From Adineta vaga (Eukaryota; Animalia; Rotifera): DNA of 64,000 bases. The translations under genes and the position numbers were made by a program. Positions 13,687-27,276 of this stretch are shown here, one piece after another. Below the pieces are notes generated by a model, which saw only the letters and a list, made by a program, of their open reading frames with translations, was not told the origin of the DNA and made no database searches. Within the stretch, counting starts at the first letter, position 1. The number at the start of each line of letters is the position of its first letter. The stretch spans positions 10,230,001-10,294,000 of the forward strand of contig CP075497.1 in the NCBI GenBank assembly GCA_021613535.1. Reading direction: 5' to 3'.

Positions 13687-16600
13687 ATGTCAACGATACC
13701 ATTATCAAAGACACCCCAATCAATCAGTGTCCGTACTCGAACATTGAAACGATGTGAACCTGCTTGGCCGTCACGAGATTATGTTCGACAAGAGAATTAT
13801 GCTCGACGAAAAGCTCAAGAACTTCAAGGTTGGGCTTGTCCAAGAACAATTCCATATCAAGGTATTGAACCTGTTAATTTACTACCCAAACCTCCAAAAC
13901 CAATCGTTGTAAGTAATAACACTTTCATTTTCTTTTTGCTTGTGAACAGTAATCGATTGTTTTGATAACCTAGAATGAACAATCAACAAATGTTACATCT
14001 GATAAAATAACTTCGAAAACGTCGAGTATTGGAAGTGCATCAAATCGACCAAAATCAAGTCCACCTGTACAAGATGATCATTTAGTTAGTAAATATTTCT
14101 ACGAATTGAATCTATTGTCTCTTTTACATTTATAGATGAGATTACAATATGAAACGACTCTTCGACGTTTACAAACAGCACAACAACAATATATGAGAAA
14201 ATCAAGGTAAGAAGAATCATGAACGTTACATTTATTATCTCTAAGTTGTTATTTGATATACAAAAAGAACACAAACATGATATAATTATTCATTCTAGTG
14301 ATATTTTGAAAAGTGTCAGACTTGGTCGTAGTGCAAAAGATGTTGTTGAAAAAATATCACAGAATGTAAATTATCCTATATTTTCTTCTAGGAAGAAAAC
14401 ATTATTTGTTATTATTGTTCTCTAGGAGAGCAGTCGTGCACAAAGTACGGATTTAAATAAGACAATCAATGCAGCTGATGATGAAAAAGAACAAGATGTT
14501 TTAATTGATCGAATACTCGATGATTTTAAAGATGAAGATGATAATGAGTCAAGGTCAGTTATAACATAAATATATTTACATTGATGGAACTTATTTTCTT
14601 GTCTAGTGTCAGTGGTATTCGAGAAGATATTATGTCACCAAGAACGATGGTCAATACCAATATGATGGGAACAGATTCTTCATCTGGACAAGAATCACAA
14701 AAAGCTCGTTCAATTGAGTAAGAATTTCGTTTGGAATAAAATTCGGTGGAGAAAATTACTATTTTCGTTTAGTTTAACAACATATCCTGTAAAATTATGT
14801 CATTCAGCACCACCATTAAATTATAAAAAGATGAAGGATGTTCTAGAACGTCCATTTACACCATGTTTTACAAGTCTTTCATCAAGATTACGTATTCAAA
14901 ATAGAATGCCATTTCGGTACGTTCAATATCAACATTTTTCTTCTATTTTACATTTGTTACTTGTTTTTAGTGAGGCATTGTATCGTCAATTATGCTTATA
15001 TTATGGTTATTACGAGCTATATGTTCGAATGGACCGAGAAAAAAGATTAGCGGCTGTTGGAATATTGATCAATGGTAAAGACTTCAGTTTCTTTCTATGT
15101 TTATGCATACATAGTTTTTGTACTATTCATATAGGCAAGAGAAATCGAAGCCTTCAAATCGTGCAAATGCTGATTCACCGGATAATAGTCACGAATATCG
15201 AGCAGAATCATCCGTGGAAAATGTTATTTCACTTAGTCCACTTGCAGATATACACAATAAAGTAAAAAAATGTAATCTACTTCGTACAATATATATATTC
15301 TTTTCATAGGATACGAAAACTCCTCATGCAGTTGAAGATCCAAAAATGTTTGTTTTACCTCAAACTAGTATTGGTAAATCTATTCCGAACTGAAAACATT
15401 TATTCGTAGAAATTATTTTCGAATGCTTTTCTTTTCTATTAAAGATAGCCGTGCTGAAACTTACTCTTTCAAGTGATAGTGCTGAACGATATCTATTTCC
15501 AATTGATTCTTTTCAACATGAACGTGATTTAAATGAATCAATATCATCAACAAGTCATCAAGAAGATACAATTCATAGTGACAACATCGATAGCAGTTTT
15601 CCAACACCACATATGCTAATGAGTTCGGCGACATCAGTAATTTTAGCGAGTAACACCAGTCGAACTTCGCTTTCAAGTAACATGACTCAACCACTTATTG
15701 AGCATACCTCAACTAATATACCATCGATCGAAGACAGAGAACAACGTCAATCAGATATGTTAATTAAACGCTTGAATCGACGCCGAATAATCACCATCGA
15801 AGGTTTAAGACAACCTTTTCCTTTACCGGTAAGTCATGTCTTTTGAAGTTTTAGAATGTGACAGAAAAGAAAACGTCGGAATATTTTAGGAAAAAGAAAT
15901 ACGTTTGTTACGTGTTGGTGATTCATCTGATTTAAATCGTATATTTAGTATTGAAAATGCTACAAGTACCAATAGAGAACAAGTTAGAGCACGACAAACT
16001 CGTGAAATAAAACGTAAACTTGTGTCAAATGAACGACGTCGATCTACGACTAATATGGGGTAAGAAAGTTTAACATTTCTGTTCACAAGAAAACAAAATA
16101 TCATCATTTTTCGTCTTTTAGTCTCTTTCGATCAAAGGAACATGCAGAAAGATTACATACTCTCAGACGAGAATTTGATGAATTTACTGAAGAACAAACA
16201 ACAATTTTAAATAATAAACTTCAACAAATTGATAAGAATCGTCTTTTTTATTATCAAACAAAATTAAATGATATGCAAAAATTAATGCCAACGTGTACTT
16301 TAAGTCAAAAACTACTAAAACAATTACGTTTTGATAAAGATAAACAGAAAAAAAATGCCATCTCTCACAGATATCAATCATGGTAATTATATTAGACATA
16401 ATATTTTTCCTATTCAGTTAATTTTTTTATTTTACTTTTGAATAGGTACGTTGATTTATTAGAAATGGTTGAACCAGAATATCAACACGATCAAATGATA
16501 TCAAATCTTCTGAAAGAATTAAAAGAATATGCTGATGTAAGTTTGACAGATAGATCAGCAATAATTGAATTGATTTATTCGTTCTAGCCAAGTCATACAC

Positions 16601-16827
16601 CGACTGTAATCCGATTTCGAATAATTCTTCGGGATTTAAAACCACACGAAATATGTCATCCAGATATCATGGCAGCGATAGAATTTATACGTGTTCATAT
16701 AGTCAAGATGGGTGTTGATGAATTTAACGCATATTTTCATAAACAATTTCCGCATGTTACAGACTATGTGGCAAGTGATAATAACAATGACGTCGATGAT
16801 AATGATGAAACAACATCTGATGTATGA
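13687..16827 (+). CDS. Uncharacterised multi-exon protein (low-complexity middle, helical C-terminal region)
   Basis: Chain of open exons separated by ~55-nt GT-AG introns from MSTIPLSK to ...DETTSDV*; C-terminal LRDLKPHEICHPDIMAAIEFIRVHIV; AATAAA at ~16879. Confidence 0.7.
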
Positions 16828-17422
16828 AAAGATTCTGTATTTATATTCTGATACTTTTTTTCATATTTTTTCCACTGAATAAATATAGCTGTAACAAATC
16901 GTATCTTCGTAGTTGCAGAATCTTATTTCTCGATGAAAGCAATTATGTATGTGTTTAAAAACTTTTATTCATAAATGATTATTAGATAGATGTTAACATA
17001 TACAACTCAATCAGTCATTGACAGATCGAGATAATTTCATGTATTAGTATGCGTTGGGTCTTTTTTTTTGTTAAAGTAAATTTCCTTACGTACGAATCCA
17101 AATCGAAAATGAAACTTTGTATCGAATTATTAAGATTAACAGTTACATGAAGATCGTACATCGTATTGATTGAATGAAAACTCTATACTACAAATCAAAG
17201 GTTATGTTTGAAACAACATATCGACAACTAACGACAACTACGAAAAACTTTCTGAACTTTAAATTACAATTAATGAAGAAGAAAGAACGAAAGAGATTAT
17301 AGATAGATAGAATCGAATCGCTATTGTCACACAAAGGATTATTCAAAAGTCTGATACGTTTGTCATATTTCTAATATTGTATACATTGTTATTCAAATTC
17401 AAAGGCGAACAACATAGTTCAG

Positions 17423-19921
17423 ATGAGTTTATCACAATTAAAATTAGATAAATTTTGGACTCGTCCTGATCCATCAACAAAACCGACTCTCTTTTCAAAT
17501 ACAAATGAAATCAAAGTAATTTCTTTTTGATATATCTATCGAAGAACTTTTAGAGATTTGTTCTGATAAGTAAATTACTTTTAATTTAGACAGCAACAAA
17601 TACAAATGTTAATATTCCTTCTGTTTCTCAACCAGTTCAACGTTGGCGACCAAATCAACGGCCATTTGTTCTTCCACCTCTCACGAAAAATACCAATACT
17701 ACCACATCAATGAGAACCATTCAAGTAATTGATCCAATTATGACACCATCTGTACCAATTAGTAGTTTAAAACATATGCAATCAGCTCAAAATCTTTTCA
17801 GTATTGGTAAACGTATGCCAGAAGTTGAATTAGCTTTGAAACAATCTATTGCTGATATGGAAAGATGTCCTCGACCAGAACAAGAATTACCACAACCCCT
17901 ATCACTTCGTAATGTAACATTACATGCTTATCAACGACATGCACTTGCTTGGATGCAATGGCGTGAATTCAATTCACCATATGGAGGTAAATAAATCATA
18001 TTAAAATAGTATATTTTTTTGTATTGATATTATTTAGGCATCTTGGCTGATGATATGGGGTCTATATTTTCTTTGATATAAGACATGTATGTCATTTATT
18101 TATCTTAGATTGGGTAAAACTGTAACGACAATTGCGTTTCTTCAACTTCGAATGAATTCTATAAAATCTCAATCTTCCGAAGAAATATTTGATGCTACAA
18201 AATCTAATCCGATTCCAACAACATTAGTTATTTGTCCAGCAACATTGATGAGTCATTGGGAAAATGAAATCAATAAATATAGTCGTATGAGATGTTTTAT
18301 TTATCATGGTTCATCTCGTAAAAAAGATATTCCAACTGGTGGTGCTATTCGTGCTTTTGGACAATATTGTGTTGTTCTTACATCTTATGAATTAGTACGA
18401 GCTGAACATACAGCTGAAGGAGTAAAAGTACAATCAAAACTTAACTTTTGCCTGAAAACGTGATCTTTATTTTAGAATCCATTATTTTCTGTTAAATGGC
18501 AACGAATTGTTCTTGACGAAGCCCATCGAATACGTTCACATAAATCTCAAACGGCTCAAGCATGTTACGCACTTGATGCTGTTTATCGATGGGCATTAAC
18601 TGGCACACCAATTCATAATAAAGCTGATGATTTTTATTCTCTCCTACATTTTCTTCATTATTCACCATTTGATGTTTATTCTACATGGAAATTATTCTCA
18701 TCGAATCAATATAAATCGATTGAACGAATGAAAACAATCGTTCGTTCATTAATTCTTCGTCGTACAAAAACTGATTATGATTTAAATGGAAAACTACTTG
18801 TTCCATTACCATCGAAGCAAATTGAAATTATTTGGTTAAAATTAACCGATGAAGAAATGAAACATTACCAACGAATCAAAGTTGAAATGACTGATGCTTA
18901 CAAATTATTTATTCGAAATCGACGTGAAAAAAAGAAAACAAATACCGTCGTTCTTTTCACATTAATGTAAAAAAGAAAATCAAATTTCTCCATCAAAATA
19001 TCAACATATTCTTTATTTTAGGTTGAAATTACGTCAGGCATGCAATCATTTATCATTAGTAAAAGATTTATCTACAGATGATGTATTTGATGATAAAGAT
19101 GATGTTGCATTAGAATTATCAATGTTTAAATTGGATTTAAATGATACATTCAATGATAAAAATATACAAGCACTTGCAAAAGATACTGAACTTCAATATG
19201 ATATGACATTTATCAGTACAAAATTGCATTGTCTTCTAAAGAAAATTCATATGATCGTTAATGAACAAGGAGAAAAATGTAAGCGAACAAATTTTATCTC
19301 AACTGCTTCAATTTAGTGAATATTTTTCTAATTCGAATGTAATTTTAGGTGTTGTTGTATCATCATGGGTCGGCATGTTGAATATTATTCGATATCATTT
19401 GAAACAAAATCTTATACGATCGCAAACAATTAGTGGTGAAGTTAAAATATCAGATCGACAAACGGTTGTACAAGCATTTAATAGTGATGAAAATAGTTTT
19501 ATGGTAAAATTGAATATGAATTTTTAACAGAAATTGATCTCATTTGTAATTGAAGGTTCTACTCTTATCATTGAAAGCGGGTGGCGAAGGTCTTAATCTT
19601 ATTGGTGGTAATCATCTTTTTCTATGTGAACTTTCCTATAACCCACAAAATGAACAACAAGCATGTGATCGAATTTATCGAAGTAAAAAAACAAATTTTA
19701 TTGATAGTTATTGATTACATTTATGTATATATATATATTCTCTTTGAATAGTTGGTCAACGAAAAGATGTACATATCTATCGATTGATGGCTAAAAATAC
19801 GATTGAAGAACGAATCAGTAGTTTACAAGAAACAAAATTAAAACTAGCTGGTGATGTATTAGCTGGTTGTGTAGATAAATTCAGTTTAAAATTAGAAGAT
19901 ATTGCTTTTCTATGTTCATGA
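17423..19921 (+). CDS. TTF2: SNF2-family DNA translocase, TTF2/lodestar-like
   Basis: [25 protein letters not shown] (split by 22-nt micro-exon 18038-18059), [76 protein letters not shown]; no RING between the ATPase lobes. Confidence 0.85.
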
Positions 19922-20214
19922 TGATGAACTTTATTCGATGTCCATAGTGTATTCAACATATTATACGTTCTTATTTTTTTTCTGTGTTATACAAATTTGT
20001 ACATTCATTCATGTTTCTCTTTTTGTTCCTTTAATTCAGATTCTAATGAAAACAAGAACCATAAAATCGATTAACTAATGATTTATACACATTTGATTAT
20101 CTTTATTGTATTACATATACATACACACATACATATATACGAACATAGGATATAAAAAAAGAGAATAAATTTCACATTTTATTTTCAATTGAATATCAAG
20201 CATTGGAAAGAGAT

Positions 20215-23200
20215 TTAAAGAGTTATACCGTTTGGTGAACAATAGGCAAATGGCCACCAAGCGAATGATAATCGATTACAATCATCATCATTTGGTGATG
20301 TCAAACAGTAATAACGTAGGATTACACTCCAAAGAAATAAAACTATTGAACAACTAGTTATGATCGCACACCATTGTAATCTAAATATCAATACAAAGAT
20401 GAATCTTTTCGAGAATCAATTTATAATTTTCTACCTTTTAAGAACACGTTTTACTCGAGTTGGTTGTGTGTTTCTAATTGCCAAAGATCGATGCGATCTT
20501 TGACTTGATTTTTTCTCACTGAGTTTTGAAGTTGTATCTTCTTTTGTTAAAGTTCGATTAAATAATGAATCAAATTCAAGTGTCATCGATGATATATCTT
20601 CATTTAATTCAGGTGTTGGAGAACGACTACTTGTACAATTTGTTGATGAATTCAAACCAGAATCAGTCGTTGTAATTGTTGTCGTTGTACATGGTGAGGA
20701 AAGACGTCGAATATGTTTCGAAGATGATTTCATTTGATTAACTTCAGGACTTGAACGTGATCGATTTAAACATCGACATGGTAATGATGCGGATGCTGTA
20801 TTAAATAATTCATCGTCATCACGAAGTAATTCTAGTAGAGAAGAATAGTTTTTTGATAATTTATAATAGAGAATTTACCTCGAACGGAATGAAACGGACA
20901 AATGCCAGTAGTTAAATTCTATAAAAAAAACAATTCTTTAATAGTTATTAATCGAAGCAAGAAGAGAGAAAACCTTACTGATACAGTTCGTTGTGGATGA
21001 TTCTTTTTGGTTGATAAAAATCCGAAATCAAATTGTTCTTGTTTATCTCTAAAAAATGAGATCTTTAATAAAGATTCAAGAAGATTTTTCAATACTTTAC
21101 TTTGTTTTGGAATTCAATTTTTGTATTTGTTTTGTAAGAAAATGACATTTTAATCGTTGTGCTTTTTCATCTGCTTGTAATTTATTGAATTGTTCTTCAA
21201 GAATCAGAATTTTTTCATCGAATAGTTGTTCTCGACATTTCAATTGCTCGATAGTTTGATGATATTCTTTCAATGTCGAAATAATATTCAATGAAGTTAA
21301 ATTCGATTGATTTGAATGAGAAAATTCATTTAATTCCATTTGAAATTTTTGTTGTTTCTCTAAACAATAAATATGAAATTATCCAAAACACCAACACGAA
21401 TATCTTACCTCGACTCGCGATTAATAATGTTTGTAATTTTCTAAAGCGTCCTTCAAAAACATCTTTATTATCAATAACTTTTTTGATTAAATTTTTTATG
21501 ATTAACAAATGTTTTTCGATTAAATTCGATGTCGTTGTTATGCAATCTCGATCTTGTTCACATTGAATCGTATCCATTAAAATCTTCGAATATTCACTAA
21601 TATTCGTTCCATTTACATGTAATTCATGAAACTATAAACAGAAAAACTTCAAAATACATCAACATTTTAAGTCAATAACAAACCACATCTTTCAGATAGG
21701 TCGAATTAAAACTATCACTTTTCGATAGAAGTATTTGAACTTCCATATCATCGATTGTCTCCATATTGGATGAATCAAGACATTGAGAAACACATTCATT
21801 CGATATATTATCCTAGAAGATAATGATATAAGAAAGAGAAATGATGTTTTCATTGTTTTACCAATGTATTAATTTCTGCAAAGAGTGATTGTCCGTGAGA
21901 TATTGTTACACGACGTGAAACATCAACACGTTCTTCAAGTTCATCACAAAGAAAACTTTCTTCATTACATAGATTTGATAGAGACAAACGTGCTTCAATT
22001 GATTCCGTTTTTGCACTAAAAATATCGATTATAACTTGCGAAAATATCCTTTCTACATACTTTCGTAATTGTTCACGAAGTTCTTCAAGATTCTTTTCTA
22101 AATTTGCATTTTTTCTTATCATAGTCTACAAAAAAAAATATACTCATCAAATCGATTAGTCAAAATCTTATCGTCATATACCTGATTGGTAACATTTAAA
22201 TTATCGATCGTTGTTTGTAACGAATGAATAACTTCATTGTTCTATATAAATTAAAAAAACCCATTAACAATCTATTTCATTTAGATTATCTAAGAATCTA
22301 CTTCTTTCAATTGATTTTGAATCATTTTCAATTGTTCTTCTAATAATTGTCGATCATTCTACAACAAAGATACAAACATAGTTCTTTTTGAATTGAATTT
22401 CTTACTGATTCTTTCTTCCATTCATATTCCATTTCACAAAATTTATTCATATATTGATTTCGTTCTTCTCGAATAGTATGTAGTTGATTTTCCATATCAA
22501 TTAATTGTTCTTGAAGTTCAAACCTTTCTCGTTCACAACATTCATTTTCTTCTTTTAAATTTCGATTGGAAGTTTCTAATTGAGTTTTATAAATATGTAA
22601 ATCAACATTTTCATTCACATAACGTGTACTACGATTCAGATCATCTTCTAATCTAAAGAAAGAAACACATAACTCATCAAAATCGATTTCTTCTTCACAA
22701 ACATACGAAAGTTTTTTCTTTTGTACATCTTCATATTGTATTTGTAAACGATGATGATCATCATCAAGTTTTTTATATTCTTCTTCAAGCATATGTAAAC
22801 ATTCAGTTTGTCGTCGATTGATTTCCATCAGTTCATTAGATTCAATTTTACATCTGAAATGAAATTCTTTCTCTTCAATCTTCTTTTCAAAAGAAACAAT
22901 CAGACCTCTCATGATCAATTGATTTTCTTCGTAGATCAAATGAATTCGATGAGGCATCGTCACTTGTATGTGAATCGATATTTTCTTTGTTTCGTCGTTT
23001 CTTTAATGACGAAGAATTAAGTGACATCGATGGAATTGAGAGTGATACCGGTGTACTTATACTCGATTTTCTAGAAGATTAGTCTTATCAAATTTGAATT
23101 GTTTGAACAAAAAGCAAATATTTACTCAACAAGTTCAGAATAAAGCTTTTCAACAGCATTAAATAATTGATCGAATGTCACTTGTTGATCAGATCCACCA

Positions 23201-23484
23201 AGTTCATTTAACAAAAAAGCAAAATCCAATTGAACAGTTAACTAAATGACAGCGAATATGTAACAATGAAAATCAATTTAAATTCAACATACTAAATCTG
23301 AGTTTTGTTCAGTTACAAAACGAAAATGCCGGATAAGTTCACCGGCATTAACACGTTGATGTTTGTCAAGCACACATGAATTAAAGATATGTTGTAAACT
23401 AATACGTTGTTGAGACGTTTCAGATCGTATGTTAAGTGATTCAGTTGATAAAGCTTTTTGACGATTGATTATAGGCGATGTCAT
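20215..23484 (-). CDS. KASH5/LRMP-like tail-anchored coiled-coil protein (EF-hand-like N-terminus, Spindly-like motif, TM plus KASH-like tail)
   Basis: N-term LQHIFNSCVLDKHQRVNAGELIRHF..QVTFDQLFNAV; long E/Q/K/L heptad exons; HGQSLFAEI; last exon WCAIITSCSIVLFLWSVIL-RYYCLTSPNDDDCNRLSFAWWPFAYCSPNGITL*. Confidence 0.7.
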
Positions 23485-24350
23485 CACGATCGTCAAGAAT
23501 GAAATTCTGAAAAAGAATAATGAAGAAAATTGACACAGACGAACAAAGACATGAACTCGTTGTTCATAAAATTTTAATATATTTTCATTCGAAAATTTTA
23601 TTCAATAGAAGAGATTAGTATTGATCATGTGAATTTTTCACAAAAAGTTTTATCAACTAATTGAACAAGAAATTATAGATGTCATTAATATCTTAAGAAT
23701 AGAAGAATGGCATTGTTTCTTTAAGTGGTAGATGAAGTGAACGAAATTGAACGATATTTAAACAAAGTGAAATGATTAAGTACATCACATCATGATAAAA
23801 GAAACCTATTTGAAGAACAAAAGGAAAAAAGAAAGGAATGTCTGTGTCTGTGGTTTGGTTATATGTTAGAGCCCCCATGATTCATACTTTTATTGGCAGA
23901 TTTTAGTCCCAGTAATGCACTTTACCTAGACTAAGTTTTTTCATGAAATTCAAGCATAGAAAAATTCGAATTTTAATACGAATTCGAATGATATATTTTC
24001 TATTGTGAGAAAGTTTGTCTAAATATGGTTTTCACCTTGAAAACATTTAGCTGATGCAGCCATCTATAGTTTTCATTATATTAGTAGTTTGCTATGTACA
24101 TACATGCACAATGTGAGAGCTTATATCGAGCGCGCCATCATTTCTAATTCTAACTATTTCTAGTTCATTCAATTCTGTCTGTCATATCGCAGTATCGTTT
24201 TCTAAAAGAATTGATTACGGTGTTTTGTACAATTTATTTCATACACCTTTTCGAAAAGCAAATTGAATACAATAATGTTTTTCATGAGTAAATTATATTG
24301 AACAATACGGAAATCGAAAAAAAGTGACTTATCGAAAATAATCATTTTAG

Positions 24351-24691
24351 ATGAAAAAGAATCAAAAGGAATACTAAAGCCAAACTCAATATCCTCTTCA
24401 AGAAAAAATACGGACGTTTTATAACATTAATGCTGATAGTTATGACGAGAATGATCATGCAAATAATTATATTCAAGAAAATGTTTTTGGTAAATGATTG
24501 TGATGATATTAATAATGACGATGTACTTGCATTAATGAACGACAATTATGTAAGTATCACTTATGAAAATTCAAAGTTTCATTTAGTATCTTCACTTTAG
24601 AATTCCTACAAAATTAAAACGCCAATAAAACCAGTTAAACAAAAATCAACATCTGAAACGAATATGTTAATGCAAAAAACATTTCAGTTAG
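24351..24691 (+). pseudogene. Decayed two-exon coding relic of unknown family
   Basis: Protein-like QYPLQEKIRTFYNINADSYDENDH.. and DDINNDDVLALMNDNY|gtaagt..ttag|NSYKIKTPIKPVKQK, with an in-frame TAA and a frameshift. Confidence 0.4.
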
Positions 24692-25374
24692 GTTAGATTG
24701 ATATTTTATTTATGTCTTTTCTTCACGTACAATAACCGTGTGTATTTTAATGGTGATATCAACATGAAACTATATGTTCTATATGTGCCATTTCATTAGT
24801 TTCTAACTAAAATGAATCATGAAATATTAAAGAAGTATTATTCTAATTTAAATAGTGCACCAACCAACAAAACTAACATCTCGTACAACCTTATGTCAGT
24901 GTCAGTGTCTCAGGAAACAGCCTCTTTTTTTGTGATGCGTTTTTAATGCAATCGTAACTCTCTCACTATGAGCATATTATAGAAATGTAGAAATATAGAT
25001 GTCGCTGGTGAGAAGTGCATCTGCTATTAATTGCACAATAGAAACGACTTTTTGCCCCTCTAACAGACAGTACCCACATGAAACACAGTCGGTATGAGAA
25101 TAAAGGAGAAGAAGGATGTATTTAAACTGCACATGTACCTGATGTGTCAAACGTTATTTCATTTTGTTATTGCCATGGATAAGACTGAAGATTTATGAAA
25201 TATAATAAATCGACCAAGATCAGTGAATATTGTTCTTTAAAATTAATTCATACATTTTTTTTCAGTTTATTAAAAAAAGTACAATCTAGTTTGCCAAATA
25301 ATAATAATAAAAACGAAAGAAAAATAGCACAGAATTACATTTAGTTTTTTGAAAGAAAGCAAAAATTGACTATT

Positions 25375-25632
25375 TATCAGTTGAATTTGTATCAAAAAGT
25401 TCTTTGAGCATTTGCTTTCGTTTAATTGTTACAATATACACACGATTTTCTACAATTTCTGGATGGTTTTCTGGTGAAGCTTTCAATAATTGTTCGACTG
25501 ATCTTTCTGTTGATGCAATCGCATCATCTCAAAACCTTTCTAAACTTTCGAATAACACGGCGAAGTATCTGTCTATATTCGATCAGCTTTTAATTTTTCA
25601 TCATCAAAATGTCTTTCAAAAACTTTTTCCAT
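25375..25632 (-). pseudogene. Frameshifted 3' fragment of a TPR (kinesin-light-chain-type repeat) protein
   Basis: AVLFESLERF / DDAIASTERSVEQLLKASPENHPEIVENRVY / KRKQMLKELFDTNSTD resemble a terminal TPR helix pair with a 'PENHP' linker; pieces are in different frames with stops. Confidence 0.5.
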
Positions 25633-26307
25633 CACGAAATAAATGATGATTAACAAGAAATATTCATACGAAAATAACAAACAAAACGTTGATTACAGAA
25701 AGTGATAAATGATCAGGATTCTAACATCGTGATCGTGTGATATTTGTTGAAAAACTAGGACAAATCGAATACTTTCATAATTCTCTATGGTGCAAGAATA
25801 ATAGGTGCTATTTGATCTTTTAACAACATTAATGCTTGATTTGACAACTGTCATGCAGTTCACTTGTTAATTTTCTTCACAATGAAACTCTGTAGAATAT
25901 TATGCTTAATATTCTATAATTGTTTCAATGTGTGATATCTTTCCGCTTTAGTTTCCACATTGGTAAAGTAAAGTAAAATTGATCTTTCTTTTTGCATGTA
26001 TTTTATACCGTTGATGACAAAAGAAATAACAACAATGCATAAAAAAACAAGAAGAAACTATTTACAAAAAATTGATTAATAGAAATACAGATAATGAAAT
26101 TGACAATGTAACGAACAAGTTTCTAATAAAACATATCAAATATATGATAAATATTATTAGTGTTCAGTTGTATTCAAGTTTCATAGTCATCATTTCATGA
26201 ATATTATTAGTTGAGACGATGTGGAGATTTCGAACCTTCATTTGAACTAGATTCTACACGGTCTTCTAATTTCCGTGTTAGTTCGTCCGCCTTTTGTTTT
26301 AAAGCGT

Positions 26308-26496
26308 CTCAGGTCTAAGAAAACGGCATCGTAAACTACCTTATACGATGGAAAAACGGCACTAATACGCCACCGTAATCCGTTAACCCAGAAATGTATA
26401 GAAATACGGTCAAAACTAAGGTAGTAAATTGCTGTTTTCTAATCGTTTTCGGTCGTTTAAGGCGCTATTTCCAACCAATGGAATGATCGTCCTGAG
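26308..26496. mobile_element. Possible degenerate MITE-like element
   Basis: Short inverted ends ctcaggtc ... gtcctgag enclosing CG-richer sequence with recurring aaacggc/aatacgg/ccgt motifs. Confidence 0.3.
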
Positions 26497-27276
26497 TAAT
26501 GGACATAATAGACATAAGTAAAGTTCTACAGATCCTGTACAACAGCGATGACAAAATTGAGTTTCCTGGAAAACGCTATAACGCATTTAATCTTTGACTC
26601 ATGACTGAGAATGCAAAACGAGTGAAAAACAATACAAGAAATATTTATATCTTTTCCAAACACATTTGTTTTTAATACATGAGCTAAACATGCACGTTGT
26701 TTATATAGATGATTCTTTCTTTGTGATCTTTTCGTCACTTATAACAAGCAGATGAAAATGCATTTCACAAAAGACTGAAATATTGATGTAGAACAAAACT
26801 GAAAGGTAAAAAGTGTAGTTGAAAAAATTAAAGAAAAATCTTAAATTAAAATATTATTCCTAGTTTTCTTTTTCTTTCTTAAAGAACAAGTAAAGAGGTA
26901 TCATGATTTTATGGTGTCACATCTGGATTATTTCTGTCATTGTACTGTGCAATCGAACGGCCACAAGTACAGTTAGTTAGTTTGTGTCTAATGATCTTCA
27001 ATTATAACAAAATGAATGAATGAATGACATCTTGAAAAAGAATAAAAGTTCGAATTTGACGAGATGTCACTCATGAACAATTGAATTCAAGAAATTATCA
27101 ATAAAATCCCAATAGAGTAAAAGCAAATTTTTCCTTTTAAATCAAAGAGTTCGTAAATACAAATTTATTTATTGATACGAAATTCTATTCTAAGAAATAT
27201 TCTCTATGGCAACATGAACGATTATGATATCTTCATCCAATCGTTCTTATGTTATGTGCATAAACGTAAAAAAGTA

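Noticed and set aside
17204-17360. Upstream extension of the TTF2-like gene, or stop-codon reassignment (TAA/TAG in a protein-like frame)
   Set aside because: All frames close quickly, other genes use TAA/TAG/TGA as normal stops, and ATG 17423 gives a clean model.
26212-26290. tRNA or SINE suggested by minus-strand GGTTCGAAATCTC (B-box-like)
   Set aside because: No cloverleaf, A box or acceptor stem could be built.
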